NCBI GenBank assembly: GCA_002269645.1
Contig: NIVC01002775.1
Coordinates: 77,445 to 141,444 of the forward strand
DNA: 64,000 nt
Reading direction: 5' to 3'
Source: Macrostomum lignano
Taxonomy: Eukaryota
Made by a program: the position numbers and the translations under genes
The notes under the pieces: model-generated
The model's input: the letters and a program-made list of their open reading frames with translations, nothing else
Database searches by the model: none
Told to the model about the DNA's origin: nothing
In this document: piece after piece, positions 12,170 to 24,302 of the stretch
Layout: every line of letters starts with the position of its first letter
How positions within the stretch are numbered: position 1 is the stretch's first letter

Positions 12170-13760
12170 TTGAAGATTAAGTGATCTATAGACTCCTCTC
12201 TCTAGACCTGGAGATTAAGTGATCTATAGGCTCTTGTCTCTAGACTTGGACATTTAGTAATCTACTACTATAGACTCCTGTCTGTAGACTTGGACATCAA
12301 GTGATCTATAGACTCCTGTCTGTAGAATTGGACATCAATCAAGTGATCTAAAGACTCCTGTCTGTAGTATTGGACATCAATCAAGTGATCTATAGACTCC
12401 TGTCTGTAGTATTGGACATCAATCAAGTGATCTATAGACTCCCGTCTGTAGAATCGGACATCAATCAAGTGATCTATAGACTCCTGTCTGTAGAATTGGA
12501 CATCAATCAAGTGATCTATAGACTCCTGTCTGTAGAATTGGACATCAATCAAGTGATCTATAGACTCCTGTCTGTAGAATTGGACATCAATCAAGTGATC
12601 TATAGACTCCTGTCTGTAGAATTGGACATCAATCAAGTGATCTATAGACTCCTGTCTGTAGAATTGGACATCAATCAAGTGTTCTATAGACTCCCGTCTG
12701 TAGAATTGGACATCAATAGAGTGATCTATAGACTTCCGTCTGTAGAATCGGACATCAATCAAGTGATCTATAGACTCCCGTCTGTAGAATCGGACATCAA
12801 TCAAGTGATCTATAGACTCCTGTCTGTAGAATTGGACATCAATCAAGTGATCTATAGACTCCTGTCTGTAGAATTGGACATCAATCAAGTGTTCTATAGA
12901 CTCCCGTCTGTAGAATTGGACATCAATCAAGTGATCTATAGACTCCCGTCTGTAGAATTGGACATCAATCAAGTGATCTATAGACTCCTCTCTCTAGACC
13001 TGGAGATTAAGTGATCTATAGGCTCTTGTCTCTAGACTTGGACATTTAGTAATCTACTGCTATAGACTCCTGTCTGTAGACTTGGACATCAAGTGATCTA
13101 TAGACTCCTGTCTGTAGAATTGGACATCAATCAAGTGACCTATAGACTCCTGTCTGTAGAATTGGACATCAATCAAGTGATCTAAAGACTCCAGTCTGTA
13201 GAATTGGACATCAATCAAGTGATCTATAGACTCCTGTCTGTAGTATTGGACATCAATCAAGTGTTCTATAGACTCCCGTCTGTAGAATTTGACATCAATC
13301 AAATGATCTATAGACTCCTGTCTGTAGAATTGGACATCAATAGAGTGATCTATAGACTTCCGTCTGTAGAATCGGACATCAATCAAGTGATCTATAGACT
13401 CCTGTCTGTAGAATTGGACATCAATCGAGTGATCTATAGACTCCTGTCTGTAGAATTGGACATCAATCAAGTGATCTATAGACTCCTGTCTGTAGAATTG
13501 GACATCAATAGAGTGATCTATAGACTTCCGTCTGTAGAATTGGACATCAATCAAGTGATCTATAGACTCCTGTCTGTAGAATTGGACATCAATCGAGTGA
13601 TCTATAGACTCCTGTCTGTTGAATTGGACATCAAGTGATCTACAGGCTCCTGTCTGTAGACTTGAAGATCAAGAAGTGATCTATAGACCCATGTCTAGAC
13701 TTGAAGATTAAAAAGTAATCTGTAGACTGTCTGTCTCTAGACTTGGACATCAATTGATTT
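12170..13760. repeat. 42-bp tandem array (ctatagactcctgtctgtagaattggacatcaatcaagtgat) in two higher-order blocks
   Basis: A 14-aa periodicity (DINQVIYRLLSVEL) in the shadow ORFs. A divergent leader at about 12181-12266 recurs at about 12974-13059. Confidence 0.95.
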
Positions 13761-14538
13761 ATAGACCCATGTCTCTGCTTTGAGTTCAAACAATCTAGAC
13801 TTTGTCCTAGCTTTATCATTGGAATTCTCAAGATAATCTCGCCAAAACCGAGAATTAAAGTTCGCATTTCAAAAAGAAAGCTTTTATTAATTTATTGCTA
13901 CAAGCTTAAGACTGAAAAATGGAGTCTATTAAATCCTGCTTGTAGTTTTATGTTATCTCTTCTCTCTGTTCGATTTAGCTTCTGTTAAAATTTGACTATT
14001 GGTTAACCGTCACCGACTTTTCTTGTAGCCTGACCGATTCTACATAGCCATGGAGTCATGGACCCCTTATTGAGACTGGACTGGACTAGCAACAAATTCT
14101 ATAAATATTAAGCTACCGGTGCTCTGACTTTTGGGTATAGAAAGCTATTTAAAAACGGAGATTTTGATTCTAAAGTAATCAATGCTTCTATACTTCTAGT
14201 CCAGTCCAAGTGCTTACTATATTAACAGAAGTCCTTGTCTGGACTATCCGTATCTGGTATAATGGTGTACACACAGTCACCTCAACCGCTCTGCAATCCA
14301 TGCTACTATACTCTATATAGGCCGAATCTGGTTCAATGCGGTCACTTCAAAAGGCATGCAGATATGGTGTGACTTGCGCATAGATTGCGAAAAATTCATT
14401 CTGTAACATATCTTACGGTATGTGCCAAGGCCTATCGCTAAAAACAGCTGTTATAAATAGGACTACAGTTCAAAAACTGACGCTTGAAGAAAGCAAACTA
14501 CTGCAGGAGTTCTTGTTGAAACTTTTAAAAGAAGCATT

Positions 14539-17500
14539 ATGGCCAGCACGGTCGAGTTGTCCAACTCTCCAGAAACCGAAGGCCAACAAGACCATGACTC
14601 TTCAATTGACTATCTGGTGCACAGAAAGGTGTACAACTACGCCAAGTTTACCGCCGATGAAGGCGAAGCTATTAAAAAGAATCGTTCGCTTCGTCGAGAG
14701 ATTACCAGCGGACTCAAAGACACCTGCGTGCCAGAGAAGCCAACGCTTCAACGCTTGATTCCGTTCATTGGTTTGCTGCAGTCTGGCCAGTACAAGACTG
14801 ACGATTTTGTGTCCGACCTCATTGCCGGTGCAACCATGTGCGTCTTCCACATTCCGCAGGGCCTAGCCTATAGCCTGTTGGCCGGCCTGAAACCCATCAC
14901 CGGACTGTACACCTCGCTAATCCCGGTACTGATCTTTGCCGTGTTTGGCAGATCGCGTCATCTGTCTATTGGCACATATGCTGTTCTGTCACTGATACTG
15001 TTGGACATGATTGAAGAGCATCGCGGAGCCTATTTGCAGAGGATGCAGGATAACAACATTACCGGAGCGTCGTTTGGATTCAACTACACCGATACAGACT
15101 ATGCAAGACTGCAAATAGCGATGGTTGGCAGTTTTTCTGCTTCGCTAATTATGATGTTTATCGGCCTGTTCCGATTGGGTTTCTTCATGACTTACATTTC
15201 TGATTCTATGCTGAAAGGATTCACCACTGCTGCTGGAGTTCACGTGATGATGAGTCAGGTGCCACTGGTGTTTGGCGTTGAAGTCCCCAGAACGACCAGC
15301 AGGTTCAAGATTATCGGGGTGAGTTGCATGCATGTACACTGGGTGTTTTTGGGCACACCAGCAAGTTACCTTCTGTACTTTTAGACAGTAATGTACATGT
15401 ACATGGTAACTTCTGACTATGCATGTTTTACATGTACAGCCTGTTAATGTACTTGTATGTATAGGCTAAAGAATGTACTTTTACATCTACGTAATTTAGG
15501 CTACATCATGTACCTGTACATGTAGGCTATATCATGTATCTGTACATGTAGGATATATACATCATGTACTTGTTTACGTAAGCTATTGTACATCATGTAC
15601 TTGTTCACGTAAGCTATTGTACATCATGCACTTATTCACGTAAGCTATTGTACATCATGTACTTGTACATGTAAGCTACATCCTGTGCATGTTTACATGT
15701 ATGTAGGCTACATAAGAATATAACCTTTTTACCTGTATGCTGTACTGCTGTTGTATTGCTCATCTGTACAAGTTCATACATGTACATGTACTGCCGTCAA
15801 GTTAAATGTAACTTACAAGATAACCACATATGCTCAATGTGACTTATGTAAAAGTACAAATTCCATGTTCGCAGACGCTCATCAACCTGTTCAAAGTGAT
15901 TCACAAGACCAACTTTGTGACTCTGGGCCTATCGGCGGCCAGTTGCATCATACTTTACCTGGTGCGCGAGTTCGTTAATCCCCGAGTTAAAAAGAAGATT
16001 CGAGTACCTTTGCCAATCGAACTGTTAATCATTATTGGCACCTTGCTGGTCTCATATTTCGCCAAGTTGAACAGCGATTTCAATGTGTCCATCGTTGGCG
16101 AAGTGCCGCGCGGCTTACCGGCTCTCCTAGTGCCCGACATGGGATTTCTTCCCACTGTGTTTGCCTCCTCCATTCCGGTGGGAATTGTTGGCGGAATAGT
16201 GTCGATGTCATTGGCTAAGCTCTATTGCCTGCAGTTTCAGTACAGCTACGACTACAATGAAGACTTTGCCATCCTGGGAGCCAGCAGTCTGGTGTCCAGC
16301 TTCTTCCAGTGCTTCTTCCCGTGTACAGCTCTGGCGAGAAACGCTGTGGTCGTGTCCGTGAGTAGATAACAGTCAAAAGCAGAGTATTGTGATCGCCATG
16401 TGTACAGGTAAAAGGGCCCCTTGTCCAGATGAATTGGCGAACCTGTCCCGATTGCCTGTTCCCAATACTTGCACCTCTTGGTTCTGGCACCCCCTTGGTG
16501 CTAAAGCCCCTTGGTGCTAGCGCCCCTTGATGTTACCAATATAGCACCACCCGATGGTATCCCATGATGGCGCCCCCTTTTGTGGGGCATCTGACACTGG
16601 CATCCCTCGATGTCGCCTTGCGCTGGCGCACCCTCAACAAAAAATCCTGTCTACGCCCTAGAGACGGGGTGCTTTCACAAGGTCGAAATTTCACAACGTC
16701 GAAAAGTAAATTATTTCACAAGGTCGAAACTTCACAAGGTCGAAATTTCATAACATCGAAAACTTTAGCAAGAGACTTCATAAGGTCGAAATTTTACAAG
16801 GTCGAAATTTCATGACATCGAAAACTCAAAAATCAGCCACTTTTACAAGGTCGAAACTTCACATGGTCGAAATTTCACAACATCGAAAACTCTAAAAGCA
16901 GCCACTTTCATAAGGTCGAAATTTCACAACACGAAACTCAAATAGCAGCCACTTTCACAAGGTCGAAATTTCATAACATCGACACTAAAACTTATGAAAG
17001 TGGCTGCTATTTGAGTTTTCGACCTTGTGAAATTTCGACTTTATGAAGTCTCTTGCTAAAGCTTTCGATGTTGTGAAATTTCGACCTTGTGAAATTTCGA
17101 CCTTGTGAAATTTCGACCTTATGAAGGAGGGTGCTTTTGACGTTGTGAAATTTCGAGTTTGTGAACCCCCCCCCCCCCCCCAGAGACTATTTACATGTTA
17201 AATAGCGTTTCAGTACTAAAGCAACTATTGCAAAAACAGCGAACATTCTGTAAACTCCAACAGGTTGGCATGAAGAGCCAGATGGCCAGCATTGTCAGCT
17301 GCGGTCTGATGCTGCTCGTACTGCTGCTAGTTGGCCCCCTATTCCACTCGGTGCCAACCTGCGCTCTGGGCTCCATCATTATTGTATCCTTGATTGGCGT
17401 GATCAAGCAGGTGACGGAACTGCCGCAGATCTGGCGCATCTCCCGTATCGACTTCAGCGTGTGGCTGGTGGCAGCGCTCTCCGTGCTCATCCTGGATGTG

Positions 17501-18669
17501 ACCCTCGGCTTGGCTATCGGTCTGGGCTTCACCCTGTTCTCCGTGATCCTGCGCACCCAGTCGGCCAGAATAGCGGTCCTTGGCCGCATTGGCGTCACGG
17601 ACATCTACAGAGATGTCCGCGAGTACCCAGCTGCCGAGGAGCTGCCGGGGCTGAAAATTGTCCGTTTCGACGCTCCGTTGAACTTTGCCAACGCGGAACG
17701 ATTACGGGATTTTGTGATGCAGCTGGTCGATGACTGCGCCAGGCCTGCAGACTCTGATGATCAGGCTGGGAAGAGTTCGCGAGTGCACACCATCTTACTA
17801 GACTGCTCATCGTGGGTGTACGCCGATATGGTTGGCATCAGGACTGTGAAGGAGGTGAGCGTGCTGCCTCAGTACCCTGAGTCTCTATTTGGATGGGCCG
17901 CCTCCCCCAATAATCCTCAGGTAATGGTTCCAACTCCTCAGCTCCTCAGATGCTGGCCTCAAATTCTCTGATCCTCAGATATGGGTTCAGCACTTCCAGA
18001 TCCTCAGGTGTGTTGATCATGCAATCAGATCCTCAGGTGTTGACCCCGCGATCAGGTCCTCAGGTGTTGACCCCTCAATCAGATCCTCAGGTGTTGACCC
18101 CGCGATCAGATCCTCAGGTGTTGACCCCGCGATCAGATCCTCAGGTGTTGACCCCTCAATCAGATCCTCAGGTGTTGACCCCGCGATCAGGTCCTCAGGT
18201 GTTGACCCTGAGTCAGCGGAATGGGCAGAATTGCCTCGATGTCGCTGAATGCATTGCGTCAAAGTGCTCCGCCTTCAGTTATTATTTTTACTATCCCAGA
18301 TCCTTAGGTGCTCATCCTACCCTATAAAAAACACTTTTAACTGTACAACACATGCAATCGTCAGTCAATCAATCAACCTGATCCCTCCAGGCTTACGCAC
18401 TTCTACTCAGCCGAAACTATCGCGTACTGTTTGCCGCTTGCAAAGATTCGGTTCGACTGCTCTTCTTCCAGGAGGATTTCCTGAAAGACGCTGACGTATC
18501 TCTTTTTTATCTCACTGTACACGACGCCGTGCTGTTTGCCAGTCGCGTGGCACCGAATAACCAGGCAGAGACGGTCAGTGAAGTTCAAGAAGTCAAAGAC
18601 ACCATGGCAATTGAAATGACGAACCGTCCCGATTCTGCTAACAACGACGCTGGAGTGGCGCTGATTTGA
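14539..18669 (+). CDS. SLC26/SulP anion transporter, prestin/SLC26A5-like, gene A (4 exons, about 710 aa, with STAS)
   Basis: Exons 14539-15318, 15875-16357, 17264-17854 and 18391-18669, all GT-AG and phase 0. Motifs HIPQGLAYSLLA, GRSRHLSIGT, GFTTAAGVHV, ALARN, and STAS features RFDAPLNFANAE, ILLDCSSWVYADMVG, FYLTVHDAV. Confidence 0.93.
16666..17181. mobile_element. MITE-like element in intron 2 of gene A with G/C-run ends and internal aaggtcgaaatttcac repeats in both orientations
   Basis: Starts ggggtgctttcacaaggtcgaaatttcac and ends gtgaaatttcgagtttgtgaacc plus a C run. AGAGAC flanks both sides (16660-16665, 17182-17187). Confidence 0.65.
18027..18210. repeat. 27-bp minisatellite in intron 3 of gene A (gatcctcaggtgttgaccccgcgatca)
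   Basis: About 7 copies, seen as SDPQVLTPR periodicity. Confidence 0.95.
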
Positions 18670-19439
18670 ACTTCGTTTTTGTTTTAGTAGTTGTATAACT
18701 CGAACGAAATAGTGCGGTTTTTTAATCTTTCGTACTATTGATAATTTTACTTTATTACCAAATCCGCGCTAGAAATATGACGTTATTATGTGACCTTTTT
18801 TCTATTTTTTTTGGAGCGTTTGTAACACAGCAGTTATGTCTGTGAAAAAATTGTTAGATCAAAACGGCTCTCGCTTGTCTCTCAGTCAGAAATCTGCGTG
18901 TTTGTCTCTGGCCCAACCTGCTGTCTCTTCTCTAGGCTTGGATGTCCATTTTTTAACTTTGCATGGCAACAGCCACGATTTAGAAACATTTCTGTTTGTT
19001 ATCATTGCCGAATAATCAAAGCAACTTAAAGATATGTTACAGACCATACAGACTATCCATGAGTGACAACTACTGATTCGGAATTGGTAAGTAGCTGCAA
19101 CGCAACTGGTAATATTTTTTCAATTAAATTTATTATGACTTGTTTTATTTTAAATAATATATCTTATATGAGATGCGAGATATATTACAAGATTTACAAG
19201 AAATCAAGGATGCATAACTGAGAGATGCATGATAGAGTTCATGATCTTGGATGATGGTTCAACATAGCAATTCAAACGGCGTCTGTACGAGCGTATAATG
19301 AATGTCATTGCACCTACACCGATTAAGTAACCTTGAACTTGGGTACAGGTATTTTTTGGAAATCATGAGAATGCACTAAAACATGCAGTAGAAACTTTGC
19401 GTATATAAGCAGAAGCATTTAAATGTCATTAAGACAAAA

Positions 19440-19555
19440 GGGGTCGTACTATAAAGCTGTCGTAGCGTAAGTTCGATCGCACTTCGAAAATTTTACACTG
19501 CGGAGATAGGAGATAAGAACGATCTTATCTTAAGATTGCTTTGTCGAACGGGCCC
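19440..19555. mobile_element. Small degenerate MITE (PIF/Harbinger-like ends)
   Basis: Left end ggggtcgtactataaagc versus the reverse complement of the right end, gggcccgttcgacaaagc. The match is imperfect. Confidence 0.35.
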
Positions 19556-20414
19556 AAAGTCATTTATTACGACGTAGCTCTGAGTCTTAAAACCCCTTAG
19601 ATGAACCGCCGAGCATGTCTTTCCGCACAAAACCTCTTACCCATCCAATTTTTATTGCCCTCCCCGGGTTCCAGCCTAAAGCTGGTATGTACATTGCAGA
19701 AGCGCTGGCTATAATGTACATTAGCGCTTATCCAACAGCAATTTGTTTACGTCTGCAGGCTAGGCTTCTAATCCTTAAATCATTTTAACTGCCTTACTTT
19801 TAACTTTTCATAAAATAGCTTATGATCTTTTAAACTTGAACTGAAAGTAGACAATCCATCCATTCATTCATACAAAATGGCTAAGATCTGTTGTTGTGTC
19901 AGTAGTAGGCATGAGGGGGCTTTTAGGAAATTTTTTACTTCCTATATAATCCCATTTTTATCTATATTGGCAAAGCAATTGGCAATAAGGTAGAAGGTCA
20001 ACTTGAATAAAAAATCTTCCAACACAATACTTTTATCTGCTGCTTGCTTAATTCCGATAGCAATGCCATGCATCATGAATGAAAAAAGCTTTGACAGTGG
20101 GGCGCTTGTACTAAAACAGAAACGGAAAAATCCAATCAAACTATCTGTTTATTTTCAATATAGAGTTGCAATACTTCCTGCACTGGAGTTTTATCAATTA
20201 GCCTTTTAATTTTTATCAGATTCAGATAAATCCGTAAATCTATAAAGTCCGGGCACATTTTCACTTGATTCATACGGTCTATTGTTATGGTGCTAGTCAC
20301 TTGTCAAAGTTGATAGATTTAAAAAATGCACAGAACTGAAAACTGTTGCTCACTGTCTGCCGAGTTGTGGAACTCTGGTAGTGCTCATGAGACACACCAT
20401 CTGCACAGCAGTTT

Positions 20415-22250
20415 TTATTTGCTTGTCCTGCCCGCCGCACCAATCATCATCGGGTACTTTGTCGCCGAATCGACTCTGCTGACGTCAACAGCGGCACTGC
20501 TGCTGCCGTTTTTGTTGCTGCTGTATCTGACACGGATCTTTGACCCTCGACGACGAGCGTCTCGAGCATCGCTGTCTCCGGGCTGACCTTCACGCCGAGT
20601 AGCCATGCAGCGCGTGACCAGAGTGCAAGCCAGCGAATAGCAGAATCCCACAGCCAGGCCAAGAGACACGTCCAGCACGAGGACAGACACAGCGGTCAGA
20701 AGCCAAGTGCTCAAGTCCAGGTACTTGGCTTCACGCCACAGTTTAGGAATATCGGTCACTTGTTTGAACACCCCGACTAAGGACACGACGATGACGGAGG
20801 CCAGAGCGCATTCGGGAACGGCTTCGAATAGAGGAGCAACTGCTAGCACAACCAGTAGCACGACGAGGCAGCTCACTGCTGATGCCACCTGCGACTTCAT
20901 GCCCGCTCCGACCACCACGGTGCATCGAGCCAGCGCGCCAGTAGCGTAGAAGCACTGGAAGAAGCTGCCAAACAGACTGGACGTTCCAAGTACAAAGAGC
21001 TCTCCATTGTAATTAACTTCATAGTCAAACTGCAAAGCGTACATTTTCCCGATAGACAGGGACATGGCCGCGCCGACTAAACTAACAGGCAGGCACGGGA
21101 GCAGGACGTTTGGCATGAAGGAGAAATCCGGTACTAGCGGTAGCGGCAAGCCTCTCGGGACGGTTCCGACTACGTCAACGCTGAAGCGCGACTGCAATTG
21201 CAACGCGTGTGACGCCACCAGCGCCGATAAAATGATGAGCAGTTCAACTGGCAGTGGAACTTTGATGCACTTTTTGACGCGCGGATTCAGGTACTCTTTC
21301 ATTAAGTAGAGCGGCACCATGCACGCAACGGAGGTGATTACGGTGGTCCAGTTAGTCGACGCGATGTCGTTAAATATTCCGGTGTAGCTGGCAATCAGTT
21401 TAACAAAGTTGTCGCCGCTAGTTGGCTGAACGCCCAGCAGCATCGGCACCTGGCTGGTGAAAATGTGAACAGCTGCGGCTGTTGTAAAGCCGCGAAGCAT
21501 CGGGTTGGAGACGTACTTCATCACAAAGCCGAGCTGCAAGGTGCCGAGTGCCATGTTGATTACTGATGCCGCAAAACTGCCTAAAACGGCGACTTGAAGT
21601 CTAGCGTATTCTTCCACGGTGAGTCCTCCGTAGTACTCATCGGAGTCGCTGGAACAGTCGGCATTTAGATTGATCTCATCAACTTCTGAGTATAAAGAGC
21701 AATTACTTATGGTGCTGTTAGAGCCCGGAAGCTGGTCCATGTACTGACGATAGGTCGTCCCGATCATGTCCGCTAGCAGCAGCGAGGTCAGCGAGAAAGT
21801 GCCTATTGATTGGTGAAGCGACCTGCCTATCAGAGAGTAGAGAGCCACGGGTATCAGCGAAGTGTACAGGCCGTTGATGGGTTTTAAACCAGCCAGCAAG
21901 CTATTGGCCAGGCCTTGTGGTATGTGAAAGACGCTCATTGTTAACCCGGCGAGCAGGTCCGACACCAGAGCTTTGCTTGAGTAGCTTCCGCCAGAGATCA
22001 GGGAATAGAACGGGAACAACAGCTGGAACAAGCTCTCGGCTCGGTGCTTCAGCGCTACCATCGTTGGCTCGCTGCAGCATGAGTTGCAGCAATTACTGCA
22101 GCGACCGCGAAACGGCTTCTTACCGAGCAGGCCTCGTCGTCTCGTTGTTGAAGATCCGTACAGATGGTGCAAATCGTCCGACAACAACGGAACTGTTTCC
22201 GATCGAGTGCTCTCCAACAGGTCAGCCTCTGATTCAGTTGCCGTTGTCAT
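20415..22250 (-). CDS. SLC26/SulP transporter gene B, intronless, 611 aa, lacking the STAS domain
   Basis: Single ORF with HIPQGLA, GFTTAAAVHIF, NGELFVLG, ALARC and MKSQVAS. After the last TM helix there is only a short polar tail ending GRTSK*. Acceptor-like tttttag about 36 nt upstream of the ATG. Confidence 0.9.
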   Translation of the reverse strand: MTTATESEADLLESTRSETVPLLSDDLHHLYGSSTTRRRGLLGKKPFRGRCSNCCNSCCSEPTMVALKHRAESLFQLLFPFYSLISGGSYSSKALVSDLLAGLTMSVFHIPQGLANSLLAGLKPINGLYTSLIPVALYSLIGRSLHQSIGTFSLTSLLLADMIGTTYRQYMDQLPGSNSTISNCSLYSEVDEINLNADCSSDSDEYYGGLTVEEYARLQVAVLGSFAASVINMALGTLQLGFVMKYVSNPMLRGFTTAAAVHIFTSQVPMLLGVQPTSGDNFVKLIASYTGIFNDIASTNWTTVITSVACMVPLYLMKEYLNPRVKKCIKVPLPVELLIILSALVASHALQLQSRFSVDVVGTVPRGLPLPLVPDFSFMPNVLLPCLPVSLVGAAMSLSIGKMYALQFDYEVNYNGELFVLGTSSLFGSFFQCFYATGALARCTVVVGAGMKSQVASAVSCLVVLLVVLAVAPLFEAVPECALASVIVVSLVGVFKQVTDIPKLWREAKYLDLSTWLLTAVSVLVLDVSLGLAVGFCYSLACTLVTRCMATRREGQPGDSDARDARRRGSKIRVRYSSNKNGSSSAAVDVSRVDSATKYPMMIGAAGRTSK

Positions 22251-22632
22251 GATCTCCCCGCGGAGCCTGTCCGACGAAATTCCGTGCTAAAAACTGCGAC
22301 AAAAAAAGTTTTTGCGAGCGCAATAAAAAGCTCCTTACACGCTAAACTAGATCGAGCGCATTGCTTAAGAATAGAAGCAGAGAGAGATCTCACCCTAATG
22401 GGCGAACTGGTTGCAACGCCTATGCCAGATTGATACTCTTATCAATTCGAAACATTTTGAGAGCAATTTTTGACCGCACTTTGAGGGAGCGCCTGCCGTT
22501 ATTCTCATATAATATTTGGCATGTGTCGTGGCTTTTTACTAAAGCACCAATAGACGGTAGGTCGTTATTAATTGTCAGTACTGTACAATTTATCGCATGT
22601 CGATCTTCACAATTTTTAACATTTGTCATCTG

Positions 22633-23100
22633 CGGCAGATCTGGCGCATCCCCCATATCGACTTAATCATGTGGCTGGTGGCAGCGCTCTCCGTACTCAT
22701 CCTGAATGTGAGTTGGCTATCGGTCTGGGCTTCACCCTGTTCTCCGTGATCCTGCGCACCCAGTCGGCCAGAATAGCGGTCCTTGGCCGCATTGGCGACA
22801 CAGACATCTACAGAGACGTCCGCGAGTACCCAGCGGCAGAGGAGCTGCCGGGACTGAAAATGGTCTGTTTCGACGCTCCGTTGAACTTCGCCAACGCGGA
22901 ACGATTCCGGGACATTGTGCTGCAGCTGGTCGATGACTCTGATTGTCTCATTTTTATCTCACTGTGAACAACGCCGTGCTGTTTGCCAGTCGCGTGGCAC
23001 CGATTTACAAGACAGAGACGGTCAGTGAAGTTCAAGGAGTCAAAGACACCATTGTAATTGAAATGACGAACCGTCCCGATACTGCTACCTCGTAACAACG
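22633..23100 (+). pseudogene. Partial duplicate of gene A (exon 3 part joined by deletion to exon 4 part), followed by a copy of the A 3' flank to about 23600
   Basis: Near-identical to 17420-17730 (LRTQSARIAVLGRIG...FDAPLNFANAE), then to 18500-18660. It has indels and no N-terminal exons. Confidence 0.88.
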
Positions 23101-24302
23101 AGGTTGGGGTGGTGCTGATTTTAACTTAAGCTTTTGTTGTTTTAGTAGTCGCATAATCCGAACGAAATAGTGCAGTAGTTAAATTTTATTACGAATAGTT
23201 TTTTATTACCAAATCTAACGCTAGAAATACGAAGTTATAAAGTGCACGTCATAAATCATTATGTATTTTTTACTTTGCGCGTTTGTATCACAGCAGTTAT
23301 GTCTGTGAAGAAATATTTTTAGTTCAAAACGGTGCTCGATTGATTCTTAGTCAGATATAGGCGTGCTTGTCTCTGGCCCAAACTGCTGTCTCTTTCTCTT
23401 GGCTTTGGGTGTCTTTTAGCATGGCTTAGCATGACTTAGCATGGCAACAGCCACGATTTTGAAACATTTCCGTTTGTCATCAATGCCGAATCAAAGCAAC
23501 TTTGATACGCATTTTTCGTACTAACTTTAAGTGACAACTATACTGACATCGGTATTGGTAAGTTGTAGCACCGCAACTGGCAATTTTTTCTTCTATTGAT
23601 TTTTCTTAGTACAATCCATCACAATATACTGTATTGTTGGAGAATAGGGGAGTTTGAGAATGCGGTACTGTGAGGGATTCAGGTGGGTGAGGGGCGGAGA
23701 AACTGGGGGCGATGTACGCGAATGGTTGCTAGTGTAAAGTATAAAAAAGCAACGCTACTGCCAGTCACTGTGCAGAGAGAATAACGCACAGACCTCACAT
23801 GGCCGAACTAATGATTATATATTAAACGAGTGCAGTTAGTCATCTGTTAGCTTACGGCGAGGGCGGGGGCGGAAAATTGACGTGAATAGTAAAAGTTAAG
23901 CGAGCAAGTACAAGTCCGAAAGAAACATAACAGAGGTTTAAGCTTTAGAGACGTTAATACAATAAGTGGGTCTGTTGCGTGAGCATTGAGTAAATAGCAG
24001 CGGGAAAAAGGAAGTGAGTGTACGGAATGGTTGGGGCGGGTGGTGAAGCAGACACGAAGGGGCGGTCAACGTTAAAAAATATACGTTTAAAACACCGTTC
24101 GTACTGTGTGTACAAATAATTATTGAATGGTAACTATAAAAATAATAACTAGTAAAAATCTGGATAAAAGTATTTCATTCAAAGCTTCTTTTCTAAATAT
24201 TACAATTTATGATATGATATCCAAAGCCAAGGAAACACCGTCACAAAGTAAAAAATAATCAGGAAGTTTATTAAGTTCACTTCAAACTTCACCTACAAAG
24301 CT

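Noticed and set aside
12268-13638. Repetitive ORFs (IDVQFYRQESIDHL / DINQVIYRLLSVEL)
   Set aside because: Translation of a 42-bp tandem repeat, open on both strands.
14073-14215. 13-bp inverted repeat (tggactggactag / ctagtccagtcca) upstream of gene A
   Set aside because: Too short and without a TSD, so it cannot be called a MITE or regulatory element from sequence alone.
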